Below are positions 9,946 to 20,419 of a stretch of 64,000 bases of DNA, piece after piece; the first letter of the stretch is position 1; every line of letters begins with the position of its first letter. Below the pieces are notes generated by a model. It saw only the letters and a program-made list of their open reading frames with translations, ran no database searches and was not told the DNA's origin. The stretch lies in NCBI GenBank assembly GCA_051599415.1, contig AP039689.1:930001-994000 (forward strand), in the 5' to 3' direction. A program made the translations under genes and the position numbers. The stretch comes from Savitreella phatthalungensis (lineage: Eukaryota).

Positions 9946-11640
9946 TCACAACATCCGTTCGCCATTATCGTCAAGCTCGCTATACAGTTGAGGTTCCTCC
10001 TTATCTTCAGCGTCATCTCGACGTTCATCATTATCGTCGCGATTGTCCTCGTTCTCGGCTGGATACAGGAAGCGTTTACCGACGAGGGCGTCTGGGAGAA
10101 ACTGCTGCTCTGCATCGTCGCCTGCGTAATCAGGTGTGTATTTGTAGCCCTTGCCATGGCCGAGACGCTTCATGAGGGCTGTAGGAGCATTGCGGAGATG
10201 CATGGGCACCTCTGCGGTCGCCGCTCCAGCGACGGGATCCCGGAGAAGTGATTTGACGCGCTTGATGGCTTTGTAGAGTGTGACGCTCTTGGGGGCGTGT
10301 GCGAGGTAGACTGCAGCTTGAGCGATACAGGCGTCTGCCTCTGGCATGCCGACTTGCTGGACGGCTGTGTAGGCTGCCGTGGCGATGACGAGGGCTTGGG
10401 GATCAGCCAGCCCGACATCCTCGACAGCGACCCGGACAAGCCGCCGGCAAATATACAGAGGATCCTCACCACTCTCCACCATCCTCACACACCAGTACAG
10501 CGCAGCGTCACCGTCGCTGCCCCGGATCGACTTGTGCAGGGCGGAGATCAGGTCGTAGTGGGCGTCGCCGTTGCGGTCGTACGCGAACGTCGTCCGCCGG
10601 AGGTGGGTTCGGATGGTGTCGAGACCAGGCTCGGGCAAATCGCCACCGTAGAGGGTGGCAACAAGCTCGAGCAGGTACAAAGCCTGTCTGGCATCACCGT
10701 CAGCCACGCCAGCCAGGTATCCCAGCACATCCACCGGCACAGCAGCATCGATTCTCCGGGCAGCCCTTGTCAACACCTCCGTTAGATTCTCCTGCGTCAG
10801 CTTGTTGAGCACGAACACCCTGCATCGCGAGACGAGCGCGTTGTTGATCCTGAACGACGGGTTCTCAGTGGTGGCGGCGACCAAGGTGATCGTGCCGCGC
10901 TCGACGTACGGGAGGAAGACGTCCTGCTGTGCTTTGGTGAATCGGTGGACTTCGTCGAGGAAGACGAGAGTGCGCTGCCCCGTGAGTCGGAGCAGGTTTG
11001 TCGCCTCATCGAAGGTCTTCTTGCAGTCTGCGACGTTGTTGGTAGCTGCAGAGAGTTCTCTGAAGACGAACTCGTGAGGATCGGATGTCGATGTTCCAGG
11101 TGGAGCTACACTTCTTGCCATGATTCTCGCCAGCGTCGTCTTCCCGGTCCCACTGCCTCCCCACAGGATCATCGACGGCAGTCGTCCCTGCTCGATCAGC
11201 CCACGAAGCAGACCGCCCTTCCCAACCAGCGACTCTTGCCCGACAAAATCATCAAGCGTCGTCGGACGCATGCGCTCCGCCAGCGGCGCAATCTGAGCTA
11301 GAGCCTCTTTCCCTCGAGGTAGTGTCTTGCCACGAGGCGAAGCACTCGTCGCCGTGCTTGTGCCGGCAGCGGTAGTGGTAGCCGGGATGTTGGTAAGCGG
11401 ACTGGTAGCCGGAGGTGACGCTGGTGCGGCATTGGTGGCCATGGCATCGTCAAGCTTGCGTTTGGCTCCACGACCTGCTATCGGAGGAGGTGGTTGGGTG
11501 GCTAAGAAGAAGGAGCGAGGCTCAAGGTCTGTACCGGCGTCCGTCGTCGGACTCTTGCATCCATTATCTAGGTGAGCATTGATCAGCCGCAGCGAGACGT
11601 CCTTGCTGCAGACTGGACATTCCACAGACTCGTCCCCCAT
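9946..11640 (-). CDS. MGS1: DNA-dependent AAA+ ATPase Mgs1/WRNIP1
   Basis: UBZ finger CPVC...INAHLD, PLAERMRP, Walker A GSGTGKTT, FLDEVHRF, ATTENPSF and YDLISALHKSIRGSD. Start placed at MGDESVECPVC (11640). Confidence 0.95.
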   Translation of the reverse strand: MGDESVECPVCSKDVSLRLINAHLDNGCKSPTTDAGTDLEPRSFFLATQPPPPIAGRGAKRKLDDAMATNAAPASPPATSPLTNIPATTTAAGTSTATSASPRGKTLPRGKEALAQIAPLAERMRPTTLDDFVGQESLVGKGGLLRGLIEQGRLPSMILWGGSGTGKTTLARIMARSVAPPGTSTSDPHEFVFRELSAATNNVADCKKTFDEATNLLRLTGQRTLVFLDEVHRFTKAQQDVFLPYVERGTITLVAATTENPSFRINNALVSRCRVFVLNKLTQENLTEVLTRAARRIDAAVPVDVLGYLAGVADGDARQALYLLELVATLYGGDLPEPGLDTIRTHLRRTTFAYDRNGDAHYDLISALHKSIRGSDGDAALYWCVRMVESGEDPLYICRRLVRVAVEDVGLADPQALVIATAAYTAVQQVGMPEADACIAQAAVYLAHAPKSVTLYKAIKRVKSLLRDPVAGAATAEVPMHLRNAPTALMKRLGHGKGYKYTPDYAGDDAEQQFLPDALVGKRFLYPAENEDNRDDNDERRDDAEDKEEPQLYSELDDNGERML

Positions 11641-11702
11641 CTCCCGTCGACCAAGGTAGCCAGATTCTATCTGCTGCAGAACCCCGAGCACCTCATCAAG
11701 TA

Positions 11703-11708
11703 ACGCGT
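11703..11708. promoter_or_regulatory. MCB-like box ACGCGT in the MGS1/LCL3 divergent promoter
   Basis: Exact ACGCGT about 60 bp upstream of the MGS1 ATG. A single hexamer could be chance. Confidence 0.3.
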
Positions 11709-11871
11709 CTTTTGTGCATCTGAATATGCGTACATCATACCCTCGTAAAAGCCAAGACATTTGTCTGCCGTTTTGTGACCCTGGCTCCACAAACCGTTGC
11801 GTGAATGCACAGACGACCAAAACATGAGTATTGGTTGAGGTCGGTGTAGGACGTCTGGAAAGCTTGTGTCG

Positions 11872-12750
11872 ATGCAGTGGTTCGGGACCGATAGGCGTAG
11901 CGATGATGACTCGGCGACCCGGACGCGGACGCAGTCTCGCGATGCAGGCTCTCAGACAGATTCGACCGTCCCTCAGGCTGCAATGGTGGTTGCCGGGGCA
12001 ATCGCACTGACCGGAGCATCGCTCGCCTGCTACCACGTCTACAGACGCTACCTCCGCCGATACCCAACCATCAACCACCTTCCCGCGCAAATCTACAGCG
12101 CAGACCGCGACGGCCGCGGCCTGCTCGGGTACGTGACGAGTGTTGGGGACGGTGACAACTTTCGGTTTTTTCACACGCCTGGCGGGCGGTTGATGGGCTG
12201 GGGATGGCTGCGGCGTGTGCCAACGGAGAGGAAGGATCTGAAGGACCAGACGATCCACGTCCGGATTGCAGGCGTGGATGCGCCTGAGCTCGCCCACTTC
12301 GGTAAGCCAGCACAGCCGTTCGGGAAAGAGGCGTTGGCGTGGCTCACAGCGTACACGATTGGCAAGCGCGTCCGCGTGTACGTCAGGTCCCGCGACAGGT
12401 TTGATCGGGTTGTAGCGAATCCGAGGATCAGGACTTGGCCTGCCAAGTGGATCGCGCGCGACGTCGGGTTGGAGCAGGTCCGTGCGGGACTGGCGACGGT
12501 GTTCCGCGAGGGCGGTGCAGAGTACGGCGGTATGCTAGCGAAGCTTGAGCAGGCGGAGAAGGAGGCCAAGCGCGCAAAACGCGGCATGTGGGCAAGAGGC
12601 AAGAAGCTCGAGACGCCCGCGGAATACAAGCGTCGCACCAGAGCTGGTGACGACACACCCCAGAAAGACAGCCCGCATGATTCGCGATTGGGAAAAGCCA
12701 GTTCAGGGGGTGTATCCGGATGGGTCAAGTGGGCGCTTGGAAGGCCCTGA
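11872..12750 (+). CDS. LCL3: Staphylococcal-nuclease-family endonuclease Lcl3
   Basis: N-terminal hydrophobic segment, VTSVGDGDNFRFFHTPGG, RIAGVDAPE, AKRAKRGMW and ETPAEYK. Confidence 0.92.
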   Translation: MQWFGTDRRSDDDSATRTRTQSRDAGSQTDSTVPQAAMVVAGAIALTGASLACYHVYRRYLRRYPTINHLPAQIYSADRDGRGLLGYVTSVGDGDNFRFFHTPGGRLMGWGWLRRVPTERKDLKDQTIHVRIAGVDAPELAHFGKPAQPFGKEALAWLTAYTIGKRVRVYVRSRDRFDRVVANPRIRTWPAKWIARDVGLEQVRAGLATVFREGGAEYGGMLAKLEQAEKEAKRAKRGMWARGKKLETPAEYKRRTRAGDDTPQKDSPHDSRLGKASSGGVSGWVKWALGRP

Positions 12751-12779
12751 AGACAATCTTACTGTGATACTATGAGTTT

Positions 12780-14312
12780 CTACGCTAGCGGTGCGTCTGG
12801 CATAATCTGATGGGATACACCCTTGACTGCGTTGAATCGCGCCGCAGACAGAGAATCGTATGTTGGTTGAATGGGCTGGAAGACATCTCGGCCGACCGCT
12901 TTCCGGGCCACTGGCACGATGGGGAGCTGATGTGTGGGCGGTATGGGGAGTGGCGCGTTCGGCGCCTGGCGGCGTGCAGGTGGGATGTGGGTGACGTACG
13001 TGGACAATCGGGCTGTCCGAAGCTCGGCTCGGACGGCAGAGCCGACACTAGAATCTGTCATCGCGCTCGCCGTCGAATCCAGCCGCATCATCGGCGGTTG
13101 TCCAACAACACTACCCGTTCCGAGCACTCGCGAGAGCCTCACTCCGGATCGAGGCAGTCCGGGAATCAAGATCGTCCCGGGCCGTGGGATCTGTGGCAGT
13201 CTAGGCGAGTCCCGCTCTTCCGTCACTGGTGAAAGGATTGGAATGGCATCATCAACCTTCTCAGGTTCAGCACAAGGAGGATCTGTCGATGATGAAGGAG
13301 ACCCCTGTGCCTCTTTCGCTTTGATTGATGATTTTGATGGCATCTCCGGTAGAGGTTTGTCTATGGTTGCAGCATTAAAATCGCAATCGATTGAGGCGCG
13401 TTGTGGTCGTATTGCTGCATTGATCGCCACTCGGCGGGTCGATTTGGTCGTTGCTGATCTTTTCGGTATGGAAGCGATGCTAGTAAGCTTGACTGGAGAA
13501 CTGGACGCGCTGAGTGAGCGTGAAATCCTGGCAGAATGCTGCGAGTCTTCACGCTTTTCACGCTCGTCACTTGTCGCTATTCTCGGTACTGCTTGCGGCT
13601 TTGTTCGCCGGATGATCAGTGGGGGCGTGCCGACTTTTTCAATGGCATTCTCCTCTTTGCAGATTGGGATTGACCGGCTCGGGCTGGAAACTTCAGTAAG
13701 CAGATACTCTCGGAGCCTGCGTGACTGTGTGAGGCTGCGTTTGAGATGCTCCTGAACTTCTAGATACTGTTCAGCGCCGGGACTGATGAGTGGTGGCTGC
13801 ATCGTCTTGATCCTTTCGTCACGAGCCCATCCCACGACCGGACGTTCGGGCAGATCGGGTTTGCGCATATCCGCCTCACTCACTAGTGACAATGGTGTCG
13901 GAATATCCTTGAACGGTGCATCCGATAGAAATGCTTCGATCCGAGCTTCTAGATCTGCCAGCTCTTGTGTAAGAGACATGCGTTCCAACCCTGCTGCTCC
14001 GTTGTTCTTGCCATTGTTGTTTGAATGGACAGAAGTTTGGCGACTCAGGACTTGACGGATTTGTTTTTCGGCATCTTTCACAGTGTTTGAGCCAGTAGAG
14101 GCTAGGACCATGAGAGCCTCGCTGCGTCTCAGCTCATGTGCTTTCACCTCTAGCTGCTGGAATATGGGCTCAAGAGTGGTGTGATCGAGTTTGTGAGACG
14201 GTTTGTTGTTGGACTTGTTGCTGGGTTTGTCATATGGTTGCAGTACTGACTTGCGTTGGTTCTTAGGCAGTTTCCGGATGGACAACTCATATCCGAATGC
14301 GTCTACCTTCAT
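12780..14312 (-). CDS. Hypothetical protein (Ser/Pro-rich, 510 aa)
   Basis: Long ATG-initiated ORF filling the locus; no domain recognised. Confidence 0.7.
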   Translation of the reverse strand: MKVDAFGYELSIRKLPKNQRKSVLQPYDKPSNKSNNKPSHKLDHTTLEPIFQQLEVKAHELRRSEALMVLASTGSNTVKDAEKQIRQVLSRQTSVHSNNNGKNNGAAGLERMSLTQELADLEARIEAFLSDAPFKDIPTPLSLVSEADMRKPDLPERPVVGWARDERIKTMQPPLISPGAEQYLEVQEHLKRSLTQSRRLREYLLTEVSSPSRSIPICKEENAIEKVGTPPLIIRRTKPQAVPRIATSDEREKREDSQHSARISRSLSASSSPVKLTSIASIPKRSATTKSTRRVAINAAIRPQRASIDCDFNAATIDKPLPEMPSKSSIKAKEAQGSPSSSTDPPCAEPEKVDDAIPILSPVTEERDSPRLPQIPRPGTILIPGLPRSGVRLSRVLGTGSVVGQPPMMRLDSTASAMTDSSVGSAVRAELRTARLSTYVTHIPPARRQAPNAPLPIPPTHQLPIVPVARKAVGRDVFQPIQPTYDSLSAARFNAVKGVSHQIMPDAPLA

Positions 14313-15497
14313 AAGTGATAACTTGGCAGGTGACTTGCTGTGTACGCAAGACGTGAACGGGGAGCGTAGAGCTGGTCATTTATCTCTAGACTGTGAGTCA
14401 GGTGCTCAGATCGAGTGTAGAGGTTCATGGCGTCAGAGGAGGTCTGTGCGCGCCTGTGCCCTCTTGAACAGGAAACAATCATTCAGCCACAGCACGGACA
14501 ACGTAAAAGGATTTGCACTGAACCCAACTTGGTTTGAGAGGTGATGGTTGGACTGTACGAGGCGCACATAGCGTGATCATGAGACATGATGAAACTTGGA
14601 CGACGATAAGAGCGTTGAGTTGAGAAACTCAAGAAAGTTGTCAATGTGAGAGTCAAATTGCTGGTAAACTGCTTAAAAAGAGAAAAGGCGAAGAAGGCAG
14701 AACAAGTGAGCGAGTGCAAGATTACCGTAGACTTTGTGACCTGAGTAAAACAACTTAGGCTTCTACATGAGGGCCTACGGCTGACAGAGTGAGAACGGTG
14801 ATGATGATGATAAATGGTTGACAAGGATGTGTATGTTGGTTGGGGATGTGGATGAGATGTCTAATCACCCAATGACCCACTGCAAGTGACAACCTTGGAC
14901 AGGATCTTGATGCTCTGATTCGATACAAAGGGTAAACACCAATTGACAAAATCCACGTGAAATCATCAGCGGCGATATCTGCATTGAATATGTGTGTGAT
15001 GACGTTGTTGTTCTGAAGCTATTGTTTTGGTGGCAGTGGCAAAAGTGACCATGCATTTAAATTTAACTGGACGTGGACGGTGGCTATATATGTCTGAGAC
15101 TATATTCCCGTTCCAGTATTCCAGTTCATGTTCCCGTTCGCGGTTGAATGTTGAGTTGGTAGCTCTACGAATCCGGTCATATGTGTACAACGTTCGAATA
15201 GATAAATTAAATTAAATTTAGATGATCATGCAATTACAGTTGGGCAGGATGCATGGATTCCCTGATAATTGCCCACCAGGACTATATATAGCCCTAGCTT
15301 GACTTCAATTTATACGATTTAGTGTACGTAAGAATAAAGAGTACGTGCTCAACATCATCATGCGCAGAAGAATGAAATGTCAATTGATCGATTGCGGCCA
15401 GGTATGAACTCTTTCTCTTCCACAAGAATCTGATATAGTACGTGTGGTTGATCGTCTTAGAAATCCGTTGCTTGGTTGCGTAGAGAGGTGAATGATG

Positions 15498-15536
15498 TGG
15501 ATGGATGGATGGATGGATGGATGGATGGATTGATGG
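15498..15536 (+). repeat. (GGAT)n microsatellite
   Basis: About eight tandem GGAT units. Confidence 0.9.
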
Positions 15537-15677
15537 AGGGGCGAGTGAGCTGAGATTTAAAAGACTGCTGCGGTTCTTCCTCTTGTGCGTATGAATTCAA
15601 TTCATTTACTGTACATGTTTTGACAGCTGCATCTGAACAGATTTCCAATCATCATGCATGCATCATATCAACGTTGC

Positions 15678-15711
15678 ACCACAACCACAACCACAACCAC
15701 AACCACAACCA
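15678..15711 (+). repeat. (ACCACA)n microsatellite
   Basis: About five tandem ACCACA units. Confidence 0.9.
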
Positions 15712-16005
15712 TCGCCTCACCATCATCATTATCATCAGCACACGTGTACTTCACATTCTCCTTACAACTCCCCGAGATCCATCTGTCAACATCACAGGCC
15801 AATCTTTGAGATAATCTAGGAGATCCATCTCCTAAGCGCCGTCGACAATATCCAGAACCCAGACGCATCTGACCTCATCCCCGTGGTCTGGCTCACGAAC
15901 CTCCCGCTTCTCAACTGCTGAAAGATCCCGGAGAAACTTGGTTGCTGAGTTGCTGCCCACGTCTCAAAGCATGTCGTCCAGCTAGAGCAACAACTCTCTT
16001 CTCCC

Positions 16006-17331
16006 ATGACAGAGTCTGTGGACCCACTCGAACATCACCATGGCGCGATTGCCGACGCTCGTGAGGATGAGACAAGACCTGCGCCGGAAACACCTACTCT
16101 TGAGTGTGATGATCCCCATACATCACTTAACTCTGCCACACTTCCTGCTCCAACCAATGCAGAAGCCGCTGAAACCCAAAACACAACACCGTTCACTTCG
16201 ATCAATGTACGGCGTTCCGGAACAGATGATTCTCTCAGAATCCTCACAAACACTCCTGCCATGCTAGCTCTGAACGACATCGAGTCTTTTCCATCACCCA
16301 CATTTGCAGTCCTTGCAGGTCAACACCAGTACCATATGCAGCAGTATCAAATTCAAGCGGCAGCTGACCTCAGTCGGCGTTTCACGGATATTGGCCTTTC
16401 GGACGATGCGATCTCCCCGACCCGCTCATCCTCCATCTCCGCTGTCGTCACAACGCCGTCGCATGGTAGTCCTTTCACGACTCACGCTGCAGAATCAGGA
16501 CCGTGGCATCCGACCGGCATCGCGCACGCTTCACCGCTGGACGCAAGGCGACGATCAGCTGCTGCGCCACGGAATCCATCTCCACGCAGGCAGCATGTCG
16601 GTCTGGGTTCTCCGTTGGCCTCTGGAAGCAGGAGTACCGTCGTGCCACCAACACTTGCAGCACGACTACAGCAGCGTCACCAGGATGCCACTTCAGGTGA
16701 CCTCCGCATTGTCTCTCTCCAGGTAACACAACCGCTCGACCAAGTCGAAGTACCTCGGATGCAGCGCACACGCTCAAGCAGCAATGCAAACGTACTCTCT
16801 CTCCCTCAACTACCCTCTCGGCTCCAGCGGGAGACAAGTCTGACGAATGAGTCAGCACCTTCCACACCATCTGACGCAGTCTCTGCCATCACGCAAACTG
16901 ACGAAACTTCGGAAGAGAGGTTCTCGATCGCAATAGCAGGTAAGCAGAGAAGCTTGAATGCAACCAGACAGCTCGGGCTCGGCACATTCTCACGCGTGCT
17001 ACTCTGCACAGTCGAAAAGCCCGAAGGACGAATGCCCACGGAAGTCGCACTGAAGATTGTCAAGCTCGAAGCAGCTGGAGGAGCTGAAAGAGCGCGCGTT
17101 GAAACAAGTGTTCGACGTGAAATCGACCTACTTACCACGCTCGGCGACCACCCGCTCATCATCAGACTTCTCGGATTCTCGGTCGACACGTCGAATGCAT
17201 GGCTCGCGCTGAGTTACTGCGCCGGAGGCGATCTCTTCACGCTCGCCTCTTCTTCCACAGATTACGAAGTCATGAAGGAGCCGCTAGTGCGCCGGTTGTT
17301 TGCAGAGCTCGTCGTCGCCCTCCTCCACATG

Positions 17332-17365
<34 letters not shown>

Positions 17366-17907
17366 TCGAGAACGTCCTCCTGATCATGCCAGCAGACACA
17401 ATCGCCAGGCACCTGAGTTCCGGGACCGCATTCCCACACCTGCTCACCCGAATCACAGACCTCGGACTGGCGAGAACAATCGACCTAGACGACCCAGCGT
17501 CCATGACGACCCGATGCGGGAGCGAGGACTACGCTGCGCCTGAAGTGATCATGGGTCAGCGTTACGATGGCCGTCAGACTGATGCGTGGGCTGCCGGCTG
17601 TGTTCTCTACTGTCTCCTCGAAGGCAGATTGCCATTCGATCTGATCCCAGGCCTGGAACACAAAGTCCAGAGCAGGGTACTCCACCGGATCTGCAAGATC
17701 GAGTGGCGTTGGGTCCGTCTACGCTCACAATCGCAATCGCAATCCCCATCGATCTGGGAAGGACCTAAACGCATCGTCACCAACCTTCTGAGATCCAGAA
17801 CTAAGCGAGCAACACTATCGCAAGTCGCTCAAGACCCATGGCTCAGAGACGAGATTGCTCAAGTGACGACACTCGTGGACGACGCTACACAAAACAGTGT
17901 ATTGTAA
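16006..17907 (+). CDS. Ser/Thr protein kinase (Prr1/Ppk27-like)
   Basis: LGLGTFSRV, VALK, HRDIKLEN, TDLGLA, TRCGSEDYAAPE and YDGRQTDAWA. The DLG motif and CGSEDY point to the Prr1-type group. Confidence 0.9.
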
Positions 17908-17966
17908 AATCAGCATGTATGCATTATTATTATATTATTCCTACAACGTACAAAAAGAAACCCTTC

Positions 17967-19814
17967 TCACTTCTTCCAATCGTCTGGGTTAGATGGCTTA
18001 CGATCGCCACCTCGTTGAACCATCTGCCAGAAATGGACGAATGAGAATTTCGGTGGTGGTTGTGGGTGAGTCCTGAAAGGACTAGTTGTTTGTGCTGGTT
18101 GCTGAGGTGGAATATGCTGTGGTGTATGATGGGTGGTGGTGGTGGTTTTGATGGGTGAGAGGAGTGCACCGGAGGCGTCTCTGACATCTGCAGGCGAGTG
18201 AGCTGATCGTGTGTGCCAAGTGCGCGACGTCATTTCGAATAGGCGAGAAGCTGCACGGCGGAATGCAAATTGCTCGTCCGCGCCCGTAAACGCAGACAAT
18301 CTGCCAAAGTCCTGCTGCCGCGTAGCCCGTTCGTCAGCCATCACACCGGTGTCCGTCGATCCAGCACCAGACGCTCGACCATCTGCACCGTGAAGGATCC
18401 CATCGCTGTCACCCAAGTCAGGAGCAAGGCGTGCACCTGTCGGGCGACCTTCAGGCGCATCGTACCCGAGTCCAGCAGTCGGTGGCGAGATTGGACGACC
18501 GTCTAGGTTTTCTTCCCGATCAAGGTACTGGTCTTCTTCGCGGTAGGAGGAGATGTTGGGCCGGTTTGGGTTGGTGACGTCGTAGTACGTTTCCGAGAAG
18601 GCTTCTTGGGCGATCGAGTCTGCGAGTAGGTCTGCGGCATCGCTGTCGCCGCGGTGTTTTGCGTCCGGGAAGAACAGCATGTCAGGGTCGGCTTCTGCCC
18701 GGATGACGAGTCTGCACTTGGCCTCGTACAGGGCGTCGAGCAAGGAGATGAAGCGGCGAGCCTCATTCTTCTTGTCCAGCGTCAAAACCGGCACGCTGTC
18801 AATCACAAAAGTGTGGTAGCGGTGGGCGAGGCTGATGTAGTCTGCTGGCCCGAGCTCCGCAAGGCAGATCTCGTCAAAGGTGAAATGAGCCACACCGCCA
18901 CCTTGTCTTGGCACATTGACCCGGCGGCCGTAGACTGGGATCGTGTCCGCAGTCGAGTTGGGGAGAAGCTCGGTGATGAGTGTCTCCATCGGTGCGATGT
19001 CTCGTGTGGGCGAGTAATAGAAGGCAAGCTCTTCCTCACACTCGCGTCTGAAATCTCGGCCGGACCGCATGTCATGGACGACGCAGCGTGTAGCAAGCAG
19101 CTCTGTAAACGACTTGTACTGCTCTGCCTGGAAACTGGATGAGTAGAGGTCCTCGGGCATGCGGTTGGAGGTGCACACGAGGACGCCACCCATCTTCCAG
19201 AAGTAGATGAGGACGCCTTTGAGGATCCGTGCTGCTGCGGCATCACCGAGTTGAAATTCGTCAATCGCTAGGATCGGCGACTCCTCAATCAGCTCGTAGG
19301 CGATTTTGAGCAGAATGAACTCATCGTCACGCGCTCGATTTAGGCGATGGAAGAGCTCGAGGACGAGTGCGTTGTAGTGCCATCGCTTCTTGAGAGGCAG
19401 GAGCATATCTATAAGCATCGACTTGCCTGTGCCCACGCTGCCGGACAACATCAATCCACGGGGAGAGTCGATTTCAAGCAGTTCTTCCTCCCAAGACAGC
19501 TGTCGTACCAATGCACGGTCACGCTCGTTGGTCAAGAGCTGCCTGATAGGGTTCGAGCTCTGCCTGTTCTTCAGGACTTTTTGGACCTGACGAATCTTGC
19601 GTGTCAGATCGACTGGTGGCTGATAGTCTTCTATCCGTCTGTAGAGCTTTTGCAGTTCTTTTGCAGCGCGTAGCTGGCAGTCATCTGGTCGTAGTACACC
19701 AGCTTGAACTAGTGATTGGTATGCAAGAAATGGGTCTGAAATGACAAGTGATGAGTAGCATTTGAGGAGTGTCCTGTTCAGCAGAGCTCTATTGATCACT
19801 CTAGAGCGTAACAT
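17967..19814 (-). CDS. AFG1: AFG1/LACE1/ZapE-family mitochondrial ATPase
   Basis: PRGLMLSGSVGTGKS, AIDEFQ, TSNRMPEDLY, LGPADY, EARRFISLLDALYE and FAFRRAASRL; mitochondrial presequence. Confidence 0.88.
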   Translation of the reverse strand: MLRSRVINRALLNRTLLKCYSSLVISDPFLAYQSLVQAGVLRPDDCQLRAAKELQKLYRRIEDYQPPVDLTRKIRQVQKVLKNRQSSNPIRQLLTNERDRALVRQLSWEEELLEIDSPRGLMLSGSVGTGKSMLIDMLLPLKKRWHYNALVLELFHRLNRARDDEFILLKIAYELIEESPILAIDEFQLGDAAAARILKGVLIYFWKMGGVLVCTSNRMPEDLYSSSFQAEQYKSFTELLATRCVVHDMRSGRDFRRECEEELAFYYSPTRDIAPMETLITELLPNSTADTIPVYGRRVNVPRQGGGVAHFTFDEICLAELGPADYISLAHRYHTFVIDSVPVLTLDKKNEARRFISLLDALYEAKCRLVIRAEADPDMLFFPDAKHRGDSDAADLLADSIAQEAFSETYYDVTNPNRPNISSYREEDQYLDREENLDGRPISPPTAGLGYDAPEGRPTGARLAPDLGDSDGILHGADGRASGAGSTDTGVMADERATRQQDFGRLSAFTGADEQFAFRRAASRLFEMTSRTWHTRSAHSPADVRDASGALLSPIKTTTTTHHTPQHIPPQQPAQTTSPFRTHPQPPPKFSFVHFWQMVQRGGDRKPSNPDDWKK

Positions 19815-20419
19815 GACTCACACAGGCTTTTGCTCTACCTCTCCTCGACAGGGAGATCTTGTAAGTTGTGTTGCAATAGTTGTTCTGGTGATGCTTGTGA
19901 CAGGGCAACTTCTGAAGGTGATCAAATGTGCATCGATGACATAAGTAATTGCCGCGGCTTCTCTGTGGAGAAATCCATTGCATTTCACATCCGAATGTTC
20001 CGACATCAGTTCCGGCTGTTTTCCTGCATTTTGTGCATTTGATTGCGGGGAAAAATAAAAACAAAGTATCCGACTCAACTCAATCGTTCCAGCTGAATGC
20101 ATGATTGATTGAATCGTAAACAGGTTGAATCCAGAGAGGAGACTAGAACAGCATCGGCAACGGCCAGAGCGGATGCACGACGGCACCGGCCGATCTACCC
20201 TTTCTACACAGCGTTTACCGCCCAAGTCACAGTATAGCCGCATCTCACTTCTGGTACGTTGAATGCTTAATTCTGTTTGACCAGGTCTCGGACTTCAACT
20301 GTTCCATCGGTCTTTCTGATGACCCAGATCTGTGACAGCCCTTGCAACACCATCTGTCGGATTTCCATCAACTAGCCTGGCACAAACGGCCTTCTCATAT
20401 ATATATTCGAGGGCTGCCC

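Noticed and set aside
9988..10251. Hydrophobic 87-aa ORF resembling a small membrane protein
   Set aside because: It is the antisense mirror of the acidic MGS1 tail; acidic codons read as hydrophobic on the opposite strand.
11641..12297. 219-aa N-terminal extension of MGS1 in the ORF track
   Set aside because: It starts at GTG and runs antisense through LCL3. The UBZ finger begins right after the ATG at 11640, so the extension is a shadow frame.
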